A stretch of 64,000 nt of DNA from Octopus sinensis (GCF_006345805.1 NC_043012.1:13516001-13580000), one strand, 5' to 3'; counted from the stretch's first letter, positions 49,090-63,407 are shown. The notes: generated by a model not told the origin, from the sequence alone. Made by a program: numbers and translations.

Positions 49090-49500
49090 ACATTTAAACC
49101 CAAACCAAAGGAGATCTAGAGCAAGTCGCTGGAGCAGGTTAAGTCAGCGCTAGAAGAAAACGACCATCTTTGGTTTCAAGTCTAAACGGGTCCTTCCATG
49201 AGGATACTGCAGGGCCACATACAGCGATGATGACATTCCAAACGCTGGAGCAGTTTGATTGAGAAACTATGCTCCACCAAATATATTCGTCGGACATTGC
49301 CCCATCCGAATCTTATTTATTCCGCCGTCTTCAAAATCAATTGAACGGGGAAAAATACGAATTCTGTAGACGATCTAACAGTGCCGGGGTAGTGTTTTCG
49401 TCAAGAACAAGTGAATTGTGGGAGAGGAGCCTTGCAAATCTACCAGATACATGGAAGTTCATTGCAGAAAATGAAGGAGAGTACGTATTAGATTAAAAAA
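49090..49500 (+). mobile_element. Mariner transposase C-terminal relic
   Basis: YSSDIAPSESYLFRRLQNQL (YSPDLAPSD-like) and WERSLANLPDTWKFIAENEGEYVLD*. Confidence 0.78.
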
Positions 49501-49865
49501 AAGATTTGATTATTTGAATTTTGGAAAGTATATGAAGTATAAAAGATATGTATAATGTATGGGATGACCCAATATATAGATATGCATATATTTGTGTGTG
49601 TGTGTCTGTGTGTATAGCTTCAAGACTCGAGGTGTACGAAGTTACTGAGATTCGAGGAGAGCGTGGTAGGTATAAGTACAACAATAGTGTTTCATTGAAG
49701 ATTGAAGGTTTTTCCCAAATAGAAGTTCGATAAACGTTTTTTTTTATTGTACAGGTTTGTGTGCTGTTTTGGTATGAATGTAAATACAAATCCAAATTGC
49801 GAATAGTGTAGCCTGGATTTAACCTGTCCCATTCATTAGTTTACACACACACACACTCACACACA

Positions 49866-49927
<62 letters not shown>

Positions 49928-49954
49928 AACATATATACATACACATACAGACAC

Positions 49955-50106
49955 AAGTGTATACGACGGACTTATTTTATTTTCTGTCTACCAAATCTGC
50001 TCACAAAGCTTTGTACAAGACACTTGTCCAATATGCTAGGCAGTGGGATTGAAACCGGGGCAGTGTGATTTGGAGCCAATTCTCTTACTGCAAAGCCACG
50101 CCTGCG
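49955..50106 (-). mobile_element. tRNA-derived SINE head fragment (family of 60749-60890)
   Basis: Minus strand gcaggcgtggct...ggtttcaatcccactg...gcaagtgtctt-like segment and atttggtagac...gtcgtata, shared with 60749-60890. Confidence 0.65.
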
Positions 50107-51171
50107 TTTACAGGTAGTGTACCGTGTCCAATTTTATTTTCATTACTTCGTGATTGAGATATCCGGCATGACAGGAAAATATACATTTATTTCCAATGAG
50201 ATATCATGGCAGTCAATATCGAACGCAATGAAATATTGATTTACCAATAGTAAATGTTATGTTTTTTGCAACTCATCAACAGATAAGTCGTTAAATAAGT
50301 AATCTTTGTAAATGTCAGCACGAGTTAATAGCTCAAGCATAAAACCTAACTTCATTGTGTATGCACCGTTAAACAACTCCTCCAATTCTTCCTTCAAGTT
50401 GTTATATATGAATCGTCTGATCTAATAGCCTATGCGATGTTATATATGAATTATATATATATATTATACATATACATGTCTTTCTCTGGGAGGTGAGTTA
50501 CCGAATTTCCTTCGCTTGACGATCAGGTTACTCGTGTTGTATAAAACAAATAACGTGACCCATAAGCAACGACACATGCATGAGATGTAAGTCTGTTTTC
50601 GAAAGGCATGCAGGCTTTTCGTGTGGAACGACTTTATTTTTAACTGCTGCTACAGTCCAGCCAATGGATTTCTGTACAGATTCAACCTACACAATATCAT
50701 GAACAGCAAACAGAGATTTATACAGCTTACTTCCTTTGGTCATTTCACTGCGGCCATGATAAGACATAGTCTTGAAAGGTTTTGGTGGAAACAGTGGATG
50801 TCAAGACACATTATTTTAGCCTCGTACTTATTCTATCCATGTTTCTTTTTTTATTTTTGGTACGAACCGTTAATTTTCGGGAACGTAAAAAACAAGCAGT
50901 GTTTGTCAAACGGTGGAGGGCAACAACAGACACAAAAGGCATACATACATACATACATATATATATATATATAATCATACATACGTATACATATAAATAT
51001 ATATATGTATGTATTATATATATATATATATATATATAAGTTCAGTTAAATTTAGATTCGGGTGAATATGGTACTTAAGTTAAAGGCACCAGAATTTAGC
51101 ATGGCAGTTATCTATATAATTGAAAATGGGGTGATTATAATAAAAATAAGCAACAAGGATATCCAGAGGTA

Positions 51172-51260
51172 ATGCAGTACTATCGTTTCATGTGACTCCA
51201 TTTAATTGAACAATACAAACATTACAACAATTTAAAATATAGAGCAATCTTCAGCTGCAT
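51172..51260 (-). ncRNA. Type I hammerhead-ribozyme candidate with intact catalytic core
   Basis: Minus strand AUGCAG-CUGAAGA-[58-nt imperfect stem II]-GAAA-C-GAUA-G-U-A-CUGCAU. Perfect 6-bp stem I, all core nucleotides present, 2-bp stem III, GUA cleavage triplet. The proximal stem II pair is U-U rather than G-C. Confidence 0.6.
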
Positions 51261-51754
51261 AAATATATAGAATTTAGTTAAATTCGAAGGATTCACTTGT
51301 ATAGTTTTCTTATTATCCAAAATCACGGAGGATAATTAGATAGGCAAAGAACATGTTTTATCAACTTCATAGTAGTAACTGATATTTTTCACAGGAAGAC
51401 ACTACTTATCATTGATTATATTTTTTATTCAGATTTACTAGTGGGTGGGGGTTAGTTTTAATTTATAGACTAGTTTATCAACTGTAGTAGAAACTGGAAC
51501 CTATCCTTTATGGATAGGTATAGGGTAAAATAGACATTTTAAGTGGCGGAATCATAAATCAAGATTTCTTTGAAGTAAAAACCATTTGGTTCAATAAGAA
51601 TATATTCCAGCTAAGTTTGCATGCTAATGCTAATTGGGTAGGGAGAGTAACACATATAGCATTAACAATTTACCAACTATAAAAACGTTGATATTTATAA
51701 ATACACAGATACATTATACAGTTGTTTCAAATAGCAATAAGAAGAAGAATATAT

Positions 51755-51802
<48 letters not shown>

Positions 51803-51836
51803 AGATACATTTTACCGTAGTTTTAAAGGCCAATAA

Positions 51837-51876
<40 letters not shown>

Positions 51877-51967
51877 GTTTAAATATACGTTTAAATACGT
51901 TTAAATTAAAAGCTCATCGATTCTGTACCAACACGCTGAACAAGAACACGGGGGATCAATCAATAAC

Positions 51968-52105
51968 ATAGAGATTAAGATATTGTCCACACATAGAACA
52001 GATGCAACAATTAGACAAATTACAGAAGCTACACATATAATAGAAAATAAACCTAGCCTGAATAGAAAACTAGAATGGAGCAATAGCGCACACCACAACA
52101 TATGA
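51968..52105 (+). mobile_element. Penelope-like element relic (GIY-YIG endonuclease C-terminus)
   Basis: [35 protein letters not shown] fits the IL...R..EA..I...P.LN pattern of PLE endonucleases. A same-strand hammerhead-like motif lies about 500 nt downstream. Confidence 0.6.
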
Positions 52106-52229
52106 CGATAGTGGATCCTGCAAACATAATAAATACACAGATAATTAAAGAAATAGAAATGAATAACTATATATATGTATATGTGTATATATGTGTGTAT
52201 GTATATGTGTATATGTGTGTGTATATATG

Positions 52230-52286
<57 letters not shown>

Positions 52287-52612
52287 TCTTTTTTTTTTCA
52301 ATTAGATTTATTATTATTATTACTAATATTGTTGTTATACATACATACAAGCATATGTAATGATAATAATGTGTGGATGTAAACACATGAACAAAATTAG
52401 AACAAAAGCAACAACAACAAAAACAAAATACAAATTACAAGAATGTATATAACCAGAAGATACAAATATTACAGGCATCCCCCCCACACACACACTAAAT
52501 AAACATAGACGCACATAGAGATATAAGCATGCGCAAATGAAGACATACAATAGAAATACAAAATGGCTGACGGTTAGTAAGGAGAGACACAAGTAAGTGA
52601 GAAGAAAACAAA

Positions 52613-52657
52613 GGACCACTGATGCGGTCACAGGAGTGTGACGAAAGAACTTTGGCC
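52613..52657 (+). ncRNA. Degenerate type I hammerhead-like motif
   Basis: GGACCA-CUGAUGC-G-GUCAC-AGGAGU-GUGAC-GAAA-GAAC-U-U-UGGCC. Clean 5-bp stem II; A9 mutated to C. Confidence 0.5.
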
Positions 52658-52778
52658 GAAATAAGATTAAGATTAATGTAAAAAATAAATATCACTGAAG
52701 CAAAATAACACCAAATATATAGTGCGTGTGTTTTTATTGGCTAAACTGGCAATATGACCATTCCGAAATATAACAATA

Positions 52779-52845
<67 letters not shown>

Positions 52846-53011
52846 TATACGGCAAATAAGAAAGTGGAGGGGATGCAAAAATGACATACATTAGACATTC
52901 TCGTATGTTTATTTATTCGAAAGTATTAGAAATTATTAGAAGAATACGTACACATGTATTAACTATGTGTTACATGCACATGTACTAATATTTCAGAAAA
53001 GAACAAAAGAG

Positions 53012-53481
53012 CAAAAGATCATATTGTCAGTAGGTTCTAGTTCCTTACTGCCGTTTCTGCCAAGAGGCAATGAAATCCACCATGCCATCCTCATCTCACT
53101 GTTCTGTAGGAATGGGCAGATAAAGTTGGGATGATAAATGTTCCTCTAGTCTTCTTCACAGGGTCTAAGTGGTTGGGAGGATTAATACATATAAGAAACA
53201 GTTAACCATATGTACAGTGTGTTTCCCTTTTTGAAAGGGCACACAAAGAATAAGAGGAAACATGAGGATGTTAGTGAAGCGCAACTTATTAAAATTATTT
53301 GGGTATAGGAAGGTGAACAACTTAGACCCTCTGAAGAGACCTAGATGCACATTCATCATCCAAATTTTATCTACTTATCCCTGCAGAACAATGAGGAGAT
53401 GGAGATGGCATGGAGGATTTCGTTGCTTCTTTTCAGAAACGGCCGTAAAGAAGTAGAACCTACTGAGAATCTGATCTTTTG
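53012..53481. mobile_element. MITE/fold-back element with long (~160 bp) imperfect TIRs
   Basis: caaaagatcatattgtcagtaggttctag...gggtctaagt matches the reverse complement of acttagaccc...gtagaacctactgagaatctgatcttttg. No ORF. Confidence 0.75.
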
Positions 53482-56400
53482 ATGTTTTGCGATATCATAG
53501 ATAGAACTTGCTTTTATATTATGTCTGCCTTATGTACAAGCCTTTCATATGTCTTAAAATATCTTATATAGTTATAACTATTTTATTACTTTATGTATTT
53601 TTTGTATATTATTTTTCTCCTTTTATAATTGTTTAACTTATACGCGTGTAGTATATACATAATATATATGTGCGTGCATATATACCTGTGTACAAATGAT
53701 TATATATCTACGAGTGCAAGACTCTACCTGTTCTACTTGTCTCCTACTTCATACATATATATATATATATATGTATATAAGTTTATATATCTGCATGTGC
53801 ACATGTGTTTGACAGACAGGAGGGTGTATTTGTGTATATATATATATATATATAACTCATTTGTATATACGTTTTCCGCGTATGTTTATACGCATGTTCG
53901 TATTTATGTATGTGTGTGTGCGTGTTGAGATGTATATATAAGCGTAGTGATGCGTGCATGGATATATATGCGTGTGTATGTGCCTGTATGCGTAGCCATA
54001 TATATGTGTGTTTGTATGTGTATGTACACGCGTGTGTGAGTATGTTTATAGATATACATACATGTGTGTGTGTGCGTACGTGTATGTATGTATATATGTA
54101 CTATGTGTACTCTTTCACCAGAACTTTAATGTGATGTAACAGTCTATAAACCGAGGACTATATTTAACTTGACAGAAGTTTATTCCGTTTATGCAAGTTT
54201 AGGAAGCGATAAATATATAAGGTTTAAAGTTGTTTTGTTTACGATTTACAAAACTCGATATTTTATTATATTTATATTATATGTACAATAGTAGTGACTT
54301 TGCGATTGACTCATATAGCTTTCAGACATTGAATGATGTGTATTGGTTTCAAACTTGGACGCAAGACCAGCAATCTTTGAAAAGGGCTTAGGTCTTTTAC
54401 ATCGACTCCAGTGCTCCACTGGTACTCATTGTATCGGGCCTGAAATGATGAACGGTCATGCGCACCTCGACAGAATTAGAGCCCAGAAGGTAAAGACGGA
54501 AGTAATGTCGCTAAGAATTTTGTCCGGCGTGTTACAGATTCAGCAAGTTTGCCGCCTTTCTAACATAAAATAAAATATATTGCAAATGTCTTAGGTGTCA
54601 ACTATATTTCTTTCCATTCATTTATTTCTCTTTATTTTTTGTTTCTCATTGATATTTGCATTCTAATCTGAAGTATACGTTTTACATATACATACATATT
54701 CGTATACATAGATCTACCCAGTCATCTATTTCACAAATATAGTTGATTATTTGAACAGATCCTCTCCATCAATTCTCAGTCATACGGTTTTGAACACTTC
54801 GAATCAATCATGAAAGGAAGTTACCTACGATCCCAAACACTGCGTTTGCAACTGCAGCAAAATGGCAGCAGAATGAGATTTTAGCAATACAACCATTATT
54901 TGTGCCCGGAAAGGAATTGATATAAGGACTGAAACTGCGTCATTACCTCGGATTACTAAGGACTTATGTCCAATATTCTCCCTGGCAGGTGTGTATATAC
55001 TTAATCTCTAATAAATGGAATTGTATCATGGATATAAATCGTATTAAATGTACACACACTGTGATAAAATATCGAGCGTTACACACATTAAACAAAGAAA
55101 AATACTGATATTTAAAATATACGTAATAACACAAGAGATAAATAAGAAAAAAGTATGTTATAATTCATTCCCTCAAGAAAATTTCGATCGATAACACATG
55201 GTGAATGATAGTCATATATTTTATTCATAGCATTTGCAGAAAATTCTTCAACAGATGCTTATAGCTTTAGGCTAGGATTGAAATTATGTTTACAACAATA
55301 CAATTCGAGATACTGATTCATGAAATTAATGAGTTAAAACTTTTCACTGGCCAGCAGCGCAATATGTATTTTTGTTAGAGCGCCTCTGGTAAAACCGTTT
55401 GGAGGCAGGAAAGTAAATCATCTCCGAAGTGAACTGGATTTGAAATATTTTATTGTATTGCCAAATATAAACAATTAAAAAATAAAATAAAATAAGAAAT
55501 AAAACCATCTTACAATTATTTTATTAAAGACGCTTATATCTCAATATATTTCTATATCCAAACATGAAAAACTATTACCTTCTCTAGTTTTCTGTTATTA
55601 TGATGGGTGAAACATTGAAAAAGTATGGCTCCTGTACTCAGAACTTTCTACATATATGTGTCAGGTAATGAGGAATCAACAAACATAATATATTTAATTT
55701 CCGAAAAGGTTACCCCATTAATAGTTAACTTGAAATTGTGAAACCCATCCTTGGTAATAGTGTTAAAGAAGTTAATCAAACACTTGTGGGTTATTTATAA
55801 AAATAAATCATGTTTTCTATCGTTTGCTATCTTTAACTTGTCATTTGAGTGCAGCTCAAAATCTTTTAATTGTGGATGTTACGATTGTTCTTTATAATGC
55901 TGCCAGACGGAGTAAAATGCAGTTTTCTTGCTTTCGCATTTTCTTAGTGGGCCGAAAAACACAGCTGAAAATTTCAATCTAGTGTGAATGCTTTGCAATG
56001 TATCTGTCTCAATCTATAATTAGCTGAGCGTGAAAAGCTCAAATTATATCTCAAAACCATATATCTAAGATCTAATCATTAAACATAAATACAAGGTGGC
56101 ATACATCTAGCATTACTTGTTGCATTCAGAAATACACACGATGAAATCAATGAATGTATTTATGAATGCACCTAATAATTCTAGAAAGTTGCCAAAAAGT
56201 TATGGTTACTATTCCATATTAATAGCTTTTCAATCCGATGTTCTCATCAGTTTAGCCTGACACACTACAACGTTTTACGTGGATATATGTTCTCATATTA
56301 CGCACATGTTTACGAAAGAATTTTCAAGAGTCAGATTATTGTGAGTGGAGAAGCTGAAGGCTTAGTTTTCATTACAAACGAATTTGCTGCCTCGAATGAG

Positions 56401-58729
56401 GAGAAAAGGTGCGCACAGTTATATAGAGTAAATCTAAGGTGAAGTATATCTTAGGTGGATAGTAACAATATAATTGAAAATGTCTTTATTCTTAATGTCC
56501 TACAAGCAGCATCAATCAAAACGGCATTACACGCTTCAAAATTGTTATTTCATATTAATTAAATGTTCCTTATATATAAACTCACAGCAGCAAAGTATAT
56601 TATTGATAGGTTGACAAACAAATTGTCTATAGAACTATCGTGAACACTTGAAATTACTACTAATAGCCCAAACATAGTTAAGCTGTCAATAAGAATATCT
56701 CATTGTTGGAGCTTATGTATAGTTTGTGCTAGCAGCAAAACACTTGTCAGCTTGTTGAAGAAACGCAAAGGCAGCATGTTAGAAGGTGCAGATGAAAGAC
56801 ATATTAATTCCATCCGCATCTTTAATGTTGAGGAATTGAAGTAGTTCTTGAGTATTATTCATGACAGTAAAAAGTAGTTAGAACATGTTAGAACATTTTC
56901 ATAAATCATAAGAATTGGTTTTGGTTACAATGATTGTCAAACGAGAGTAAATTGTTAGATTGTTGGCTATAGAAATAATATGGATATCAATGGTCTGTCT
57001 ATCTCCACTATTACCAACGGTAAATATTAAAATTACATCGGAATTCGGGAGGATATTAGGTATGTTGGTGTCAGAATGACATCAGGAGACACCAGAAGGT
57101 TTGGAAGTCAGCGCGGTCATCATTCTATAAAACTATATCACGCAATGTTTTCGCAGTACCAGTGCAGGAACCAACATTCGGGATATTAGACACATTTCGC
57201 AAAATCCACAACATGGGCATCAGTACGAGGAAGGTACCAATAATGGCTGGTAACTCCCTCATCGAGAGTGACACTGACAAGACATCTGCTAAACGTGGGG
57301 GTGGGGATAAAGATATAATATCAGCCTAGACGGCTTTCTGTGTCACATACTGGCACTTAAACGGCAACTACTGGAGAGTAAAATGTGAAATGAGTACTTC
57401 ACATGTATAGTCAACGGTGAAGACAATAACCTCATGGGATCAGGCATACACCACCTGAACAAGTACACCGAATTCGCAAATCTTTCATATGACCATTAGT
57501 AACTGGAGTGATCTACTTTGATTGAGATTGGAAAGAAAATTGTATCATCTGAAATATATGCATTGATACGTCTCCGTATCGACAGAAATAGTACCCTCGA
57601 CTAAGACCTGTGATAAGTACATCATATCCCTCCTAAAGGTCTATGGCGATGCTATCTAATAAGATAGAAATTTACCTCTAAACATCTACAGTGTAGATGT
57701 GAAGGGAAGTTTCGATTGTGCTATATTATTATTACACTGAGAAAGAAAGTTTCGGTTCTGCCATATTTATTATTAGCTGCCCCAACATGACCGCTAGATA
57801 TTATTTTCCCCACTTCGCTAAGAAAGTTTACTGTGTTATACTACTTATCCACGTCGCTACGATGTTATACACAGGAAATACTATCCGCGCACCTACAGCA
57901 TATGTACATCAAAACCAGAAACTATCCGTGCTTTAAAATGCAAAATACTGGTAGAATATTCTAATAAATACAGAAACCCAGGCTAAGTAAATTAGGGCAA
58001 ATATTGTTGTATGCAATAGAAAGCAAAGGTTGTACGCAATTGCCCGGGAGTTGTTGATATTCAAATTTTCCCAATTCATATTCAAATATTAGGGAAAAGG
58101 CAAACATCTAAGGAGAACTAAAGAGAAATAGCTATTATATCAAGACTAGAGATTTCCATGTGTTCTTTTTATCATGGATGCATTTAACAATATAACATTC
58201 CAGAAATACATGGGTTCTCCGAAAGTGTACAGAGTCGATTGATTCGCTTTTGCTGATAAAATCGAAGAAAGGGACAGTGAAAATTTGTAAAACACCTCCT
58301 GGATTCTCTATTTGATCATCTCGGGTGAATATGTTCACACATTCACATATCCATATGGAATACACGTCGTTGTTACTATGAAAAATGTCGGAAAGACCAA
58401 GCATTGCTTTTTCAGAAAACGGAAAGATAGTTTCACCATTTCATAGCAAAACCGTTGTACTACACTTTGGTAATTTCTGATATCTTGGCATCTGAAGATA
58501 CGATAGTTTGATCAAAAGAACCAGTCATTGCTAGCAAAAATAAATAATGAAAAAACGCATTTGGCGAAATTTGGACTTACGACAGTTTAGCATAATAGTA
58601 ACGACATGAATGCATACGCGCAACACGCATATACATGGATATATCGAGAAACAAGGCCCAAGCAATGTGTTGTCATAAACAAAGGAGCAAGTTATATTGA
58701 TGGATACATATGTACGTATGTGTGTGTGT

Positions 58730-59365
58730 ACACGAGGTGGAATCACAGAGCTCCGGGGCTAATTCTATAGTGCGCCAACAGATGGCAGCACACGGTTGTG
58801 TCCGCAGTGAGAACTATTAGTGACCTTCATGTACATCAGTGTATTTACTTCGCAAGTTGTGAAATGCGTCTTTTTGTGATCACATGTATGCTGTAATCAG
58901 CGAGTTTGTCATGGATAGGAACAAAGAACTAGCGTGGAATTTTGTGTTAAACGTTGGAGGTCTTCCACGAAGGCATTGAGCAAGCTTCGGCAAGTAGACG
59001 GCGACCAGACAGCGAGTCGTGCGCAATGTTTCGAGTGGCATGGACGCTTCAAAAGCAGTAGAGCTTCCCTGGAAGAAAATGAGCGATCTGAAAGACATGC
59101 CACCCCTGGACATGTAGTATTGCGCATCGAGGTCATCGACCAGGGCTCGATCGTCAATCGAGAATTCTATTGCGACGTTTTAAGCGTTTGACAGAGGATA
59201 TTCGGAGAAAAGAATCGGATCTGTAGAGCGTGAGGAATTGGATTCTTCACAATGACAAGCACGCTGTCACCAAGCTCTCCTCACACATGTGTTTCTTTTC
59301 AAATATATGGCATCGCTTCTGCACTCGCCCTATTCGCCAGATTTAGCACCTGATATCTTCCATTT
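58730..59365 (+). mobile_element. Internally deleted mariner relic
   Basis: TIR-like start tacacgaggtggaatcac; FCVK...AQCFEWHGRFKS, VNREFYCDVL, WILHND and HSPYSPDLAP remnants. Confidence 0.8.
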
Positions 59366-60024
59366 CTCGTAGTCTGGTGATCTAGGATGCAACGTGTATA
59401 CTTTGGTTTAACTAGGACTAAAAATCAGTCCAACGTCACTTGCAGCTAATTCTAGGCAATGAAGTAACTCAGTGGCGTTTGAAAGTGTGCCAGAGAGCAA
59501 GACTTAATCACCAGCACGGTCTATATCAGTTATTGTTTTAGCTCGATGTCTGATTTTCTTTTCGTCAGTTTGGTACATAGGAAGTTTAGATTGCCAAGTG
59601 ATGTTCTGATGCCATACTCAAGAGTGATAACAAAAAGAAAAGGACTAGTGTGGCCCCTTGGAGTATTTCGGCTCTGATATCAAAGAAACTTGCATTTCCT
59701 TTTATGTGGAGCAACAACCTGGACACCCACCAATCACTGGAATCTAAGCTTGATGGAACTTACAATTGAATGTAAAGAGCAATCTTAAACATATCTTGGG
59801 GAAATCATCCGATCAAGTAACAGTTGTAGAGAGATCTCCTGCCTGTTTTCAGCATTATAAAGGAAAGGCGCTTGTGCTTTGCGGAACATTGCTGGTGAGC
59901 TAAACAAGAGCTGGCAAGTAGCATCCGGCTATGTATATCCGAGCATGGCCGTTATCAAGCTAGTCGTCCGAACAGAACGTTTATAGATCAACTGAGCAGA
60001 GACACTGGGCGACTCACTGAAGAC

Positions 60025-60322
60025 TTCCCTCAACTAATGCATGTCCTTGTAAGCTATCTGAAGCATGACAGCTGTTTTGGCCGCCAGCAGAATACCGATT
60101 TTCACGGAGGCACGTACTTTCTTCGTTTCAACCATCACAAAACTCGACGAACAGGGGAAAGCACTACAACACAAAGACAAACCACGTGCAGCACGATTTT
60201 GCAGGACAACGCAGGTCGACAGACGGATGCTTGAGGGTGGCATCTAGCGGCAGAAGCCTGAACTCTAACGAGCTTGTCCCACTGAGAACGTTTCCGGTTA
60301 CATTTGGGCACCTCCTTGTGTA
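60025..60322 (-). mobile_element. Mariner 5' relic
   Basis: TIR-like tacacaaggaggtgcccaaatgtaaccgg on the minus strand, then ETKKVRASVKIGILLAAKTAVMLQIAYKD (HTH-like). Confidence 0.6.
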
Positions 60323-60694
60323 TATAAAAATATAAGTATGTAAGAGTGTAATAATACATTTTACTATTGAGTGTAATAATACATTTGACTATTGATATTG
60401 TTTCCATTAGCGTCGAACTGGCTTTATACTTAAACACTAACATATCACAGAAACGATTTTAGATAAAGCGAAATGCATTCACGCGTAACATTGATAAACA
60501 TCACACGAACCTCGATATATTAGGCATATGCATAATTTAATCCTTATAATCACACCCAACTTAGAACCAATAAGAGATCCATATCAAACCTAAATATCTA
60601 TGCAACACAATATCTCTCACTCTTTCTCTCTATGTGTGAGTGAATGTTTGCTTTTATAGGTGTGTATTAATGCATGAATACATGCATATATGTA

Positions 60695-60748
<54 letters not shown>

Positions 60749-60751
<3 letters not shown>

Positions 60752-61214
60752 TAGGAGTGGCTCTGTGGTAAGAAGCTTGCTTGCGAACCACGTGCGTGGC
60801 ACCTTGGGCAAGTGTCTTCTACTATAGCCTCGGGCCGACCAAAGCCTTGTGAGTGGATTTGGTAGACGGAAACTGAAAGAAGCCCGTCGTATATGTATAT
60901 ATATATATATATAACTAAAAATAAGGGTGTCTGAGAGACACCACCATGCCGAAATAGCAGTCAAAACCCTGACTCTAAAAACCACGTTAAATGTTCATAT
61001 CATACCATGGGATAAGACAGAGGGACAAAATAGATTGACAAAAAATATTATTGAATAATTCAAGATCCAGGATTTCTGGTTTTTTTTTAAATAAGCTTTA
61101 CCGTCATCGGTTGAATATTTTGTTATTTTTTTAGTTGTAAAAAAATTATTACCTTTGTACGGTATTTTTTCCATGATGGCCACTTGATAATATCGATATT
61201 ATCCTTATTTATAA

Positions 61215-61276
<62 letters not shown>

Positions 61277-61500
61277 TGTGTGTGTGTGTGTGTGTATGTT
61301 TGTGTGTCTGTGTTTGTCCCCCAACATCGCTTGACAACCGATGCTGGTGTGTTTACGTCCCCCGTAACATCATCGGTTCGGCAAAAGAGACCGATAGAAT
61401 AAGTACTAGGCTTACAAGAATAAGTCCTGGGGTCGATTTGCTAGACTAAAGCGGTGCGCAGTATGGCCACAGTCACATGGCTGAAAGAGTAAAAAGAGTA
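60749..61500 (+). mobile_element. tRNA-derived SINE with an internal microsatellite, interrupted by a ~290-bp insert (60918-61210)
   Basis: Head gcgtaggagtggctctgtggtaagaagc...ccttgggcaagtgtctt (60749-60890), then (TA)/(TG)n, then body 61255-61500. Both parts have other copies in the window. Confidence 0.7.
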
Positions 61501-61511
61501 CAGTAAAGAGT

Positions 61512-61556
<45 letters not shown>

Positions 61557-62515
61557 CAGAAATTGTATAAGATGTAGGTTCAGAAAACCGTGTGGCTGTC
61601 ACATAAAACACCTCTCACGGAATCGGTTCCTAGTCTACATCGTAAGCAGTTACACACCAGTGTCCATGTAGTGTCCATGTAAATGGAAGTATAGAAAATT
61701 CGATCGTTGAAATTATTGAAAGAGAAGAATACACAACCATAAAATCAGGACGTTTGTAAGGCGGATACATATCTATTTAAAATGATCGTTTCCATAGAAT
61801 ACGGCGTCTCGAAAATTAGCTGTAGTATTATTGTCAGCATGGAAGAAATTATGCGTACACGTTTGGGTATAAGCTCAGCATTATACAATACAATTGTACG
61901 TACAATAATTAGTGCAGATAGAGAAAAGTACTCATAAGATCCCCACCTCCGAACAACATGGTACAACTAACAATTCTAATCTTAATATGCACAAATTTCC
62001 TTTCTATATATACAATGAATGGAACACCGAAATTCAACAAAGTTAGAATGATGAGGTCAGCTAAAATAAATAATGTAGGAAGTATATAAAATATAACTAT
62101 ATGATATAACTAAAATTATAATCAGAGGAATTATAAAGAATTGTAAGCGAGGAATGAAGCAGCAGGAGATTTAAAGATTTCATAGAAATATTTGGAGGAA
62201 TGGTCGGTGAAGTAAAACCAAGACGTATTCAACAAGAGTAATCTTCTATTTAGCGTTATCAAGTCGGCAAAAATCTCGCAAAAGATATTTCAATTTACAA
62301 GAATTTTATTCAGAGACAGACTTCATATCAAATATACTTACTAGCAGATTGAACGGGAGTTAGTATACACATAACAGCACAGAAAGTAGGCATATACACC
62401 AATATATTAGTATAAAAATGCACACACACGTATATGATCACAAAAGCCCTCACAGGTACACACACATATATAGACATTCACACACTCGGACTAATATATA
62501 TCAACTTATATGACT

Positions 62516-62569
<54 letters not shown>

Positions 62570-62956
62570 AGGTATATACAGGGAGGGAAATGAGGTGGCA
62601 AATATACTGTCGTCTAAATTAAGCAAAAGTGAAAATGACGCTGACATCTAATTTTAATAGATACATTTACCTAATTACATAAAAAAATATCTGAAAATAG
62701 TAAAGAGAGAAATTTATTCAATAAAATCGCCATAGGTTACAACATAGGTTACGCACATACTCACACCAACATAGATACACACACATAAGGACACACACAT
62801 ATACATATATATTCATACATATAATCCATTTATATATACGATTCATTAAAAAATATTTAATAATAACATGCGGCAGATTCAATGTAATAGAAGTGTTTAA
62901 TCTCCTTAGCTACTGGCACGTATTCCATCTGCCTCTCTCTCTTCTATCTTGTCAAA

Positions 62957-63012
<56 letters not shown>

Positions 63013-63407
63013 ATACATATAGATAATAAATATATAAATTTAGATATAAATATATTTATAAGTAGATATATAAAGTATATATATGTGTGTGTGTGTGTGT
63101 ATGTGTGTGTATGCATGTATGTATGTAATGTATGTATATATAAATGTGTATAAATGTGAGTTTCAAATGCCGGAGCTAAAGGTTTCGAGGTATTTTCATC
63201 GGCTATTTTTACGATAGACGCTATGAAAAAACCCTTGAATGAAAGGGAAGTTACTCTAATAGGCAGGAAAACATATATAATGTATAAATTATATTTTAAA
63301 AAATCAAGTATATAAACGTGTATAAAAATACACACATCCACATTCGCAGAATAGATAGAAACCTTCTGCTTTCTTGAAATCAACATCTATATATACACAC
63401 ACAGACA

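Noticed and set aside
58135-58404. 89-aa minus-strand ORF and neighbouring moderately complex sequence (57000-58520)
   Set aside because: No recognisable motif, no ATG start or credible splice context; probably an old TE relic that I cannot assign.
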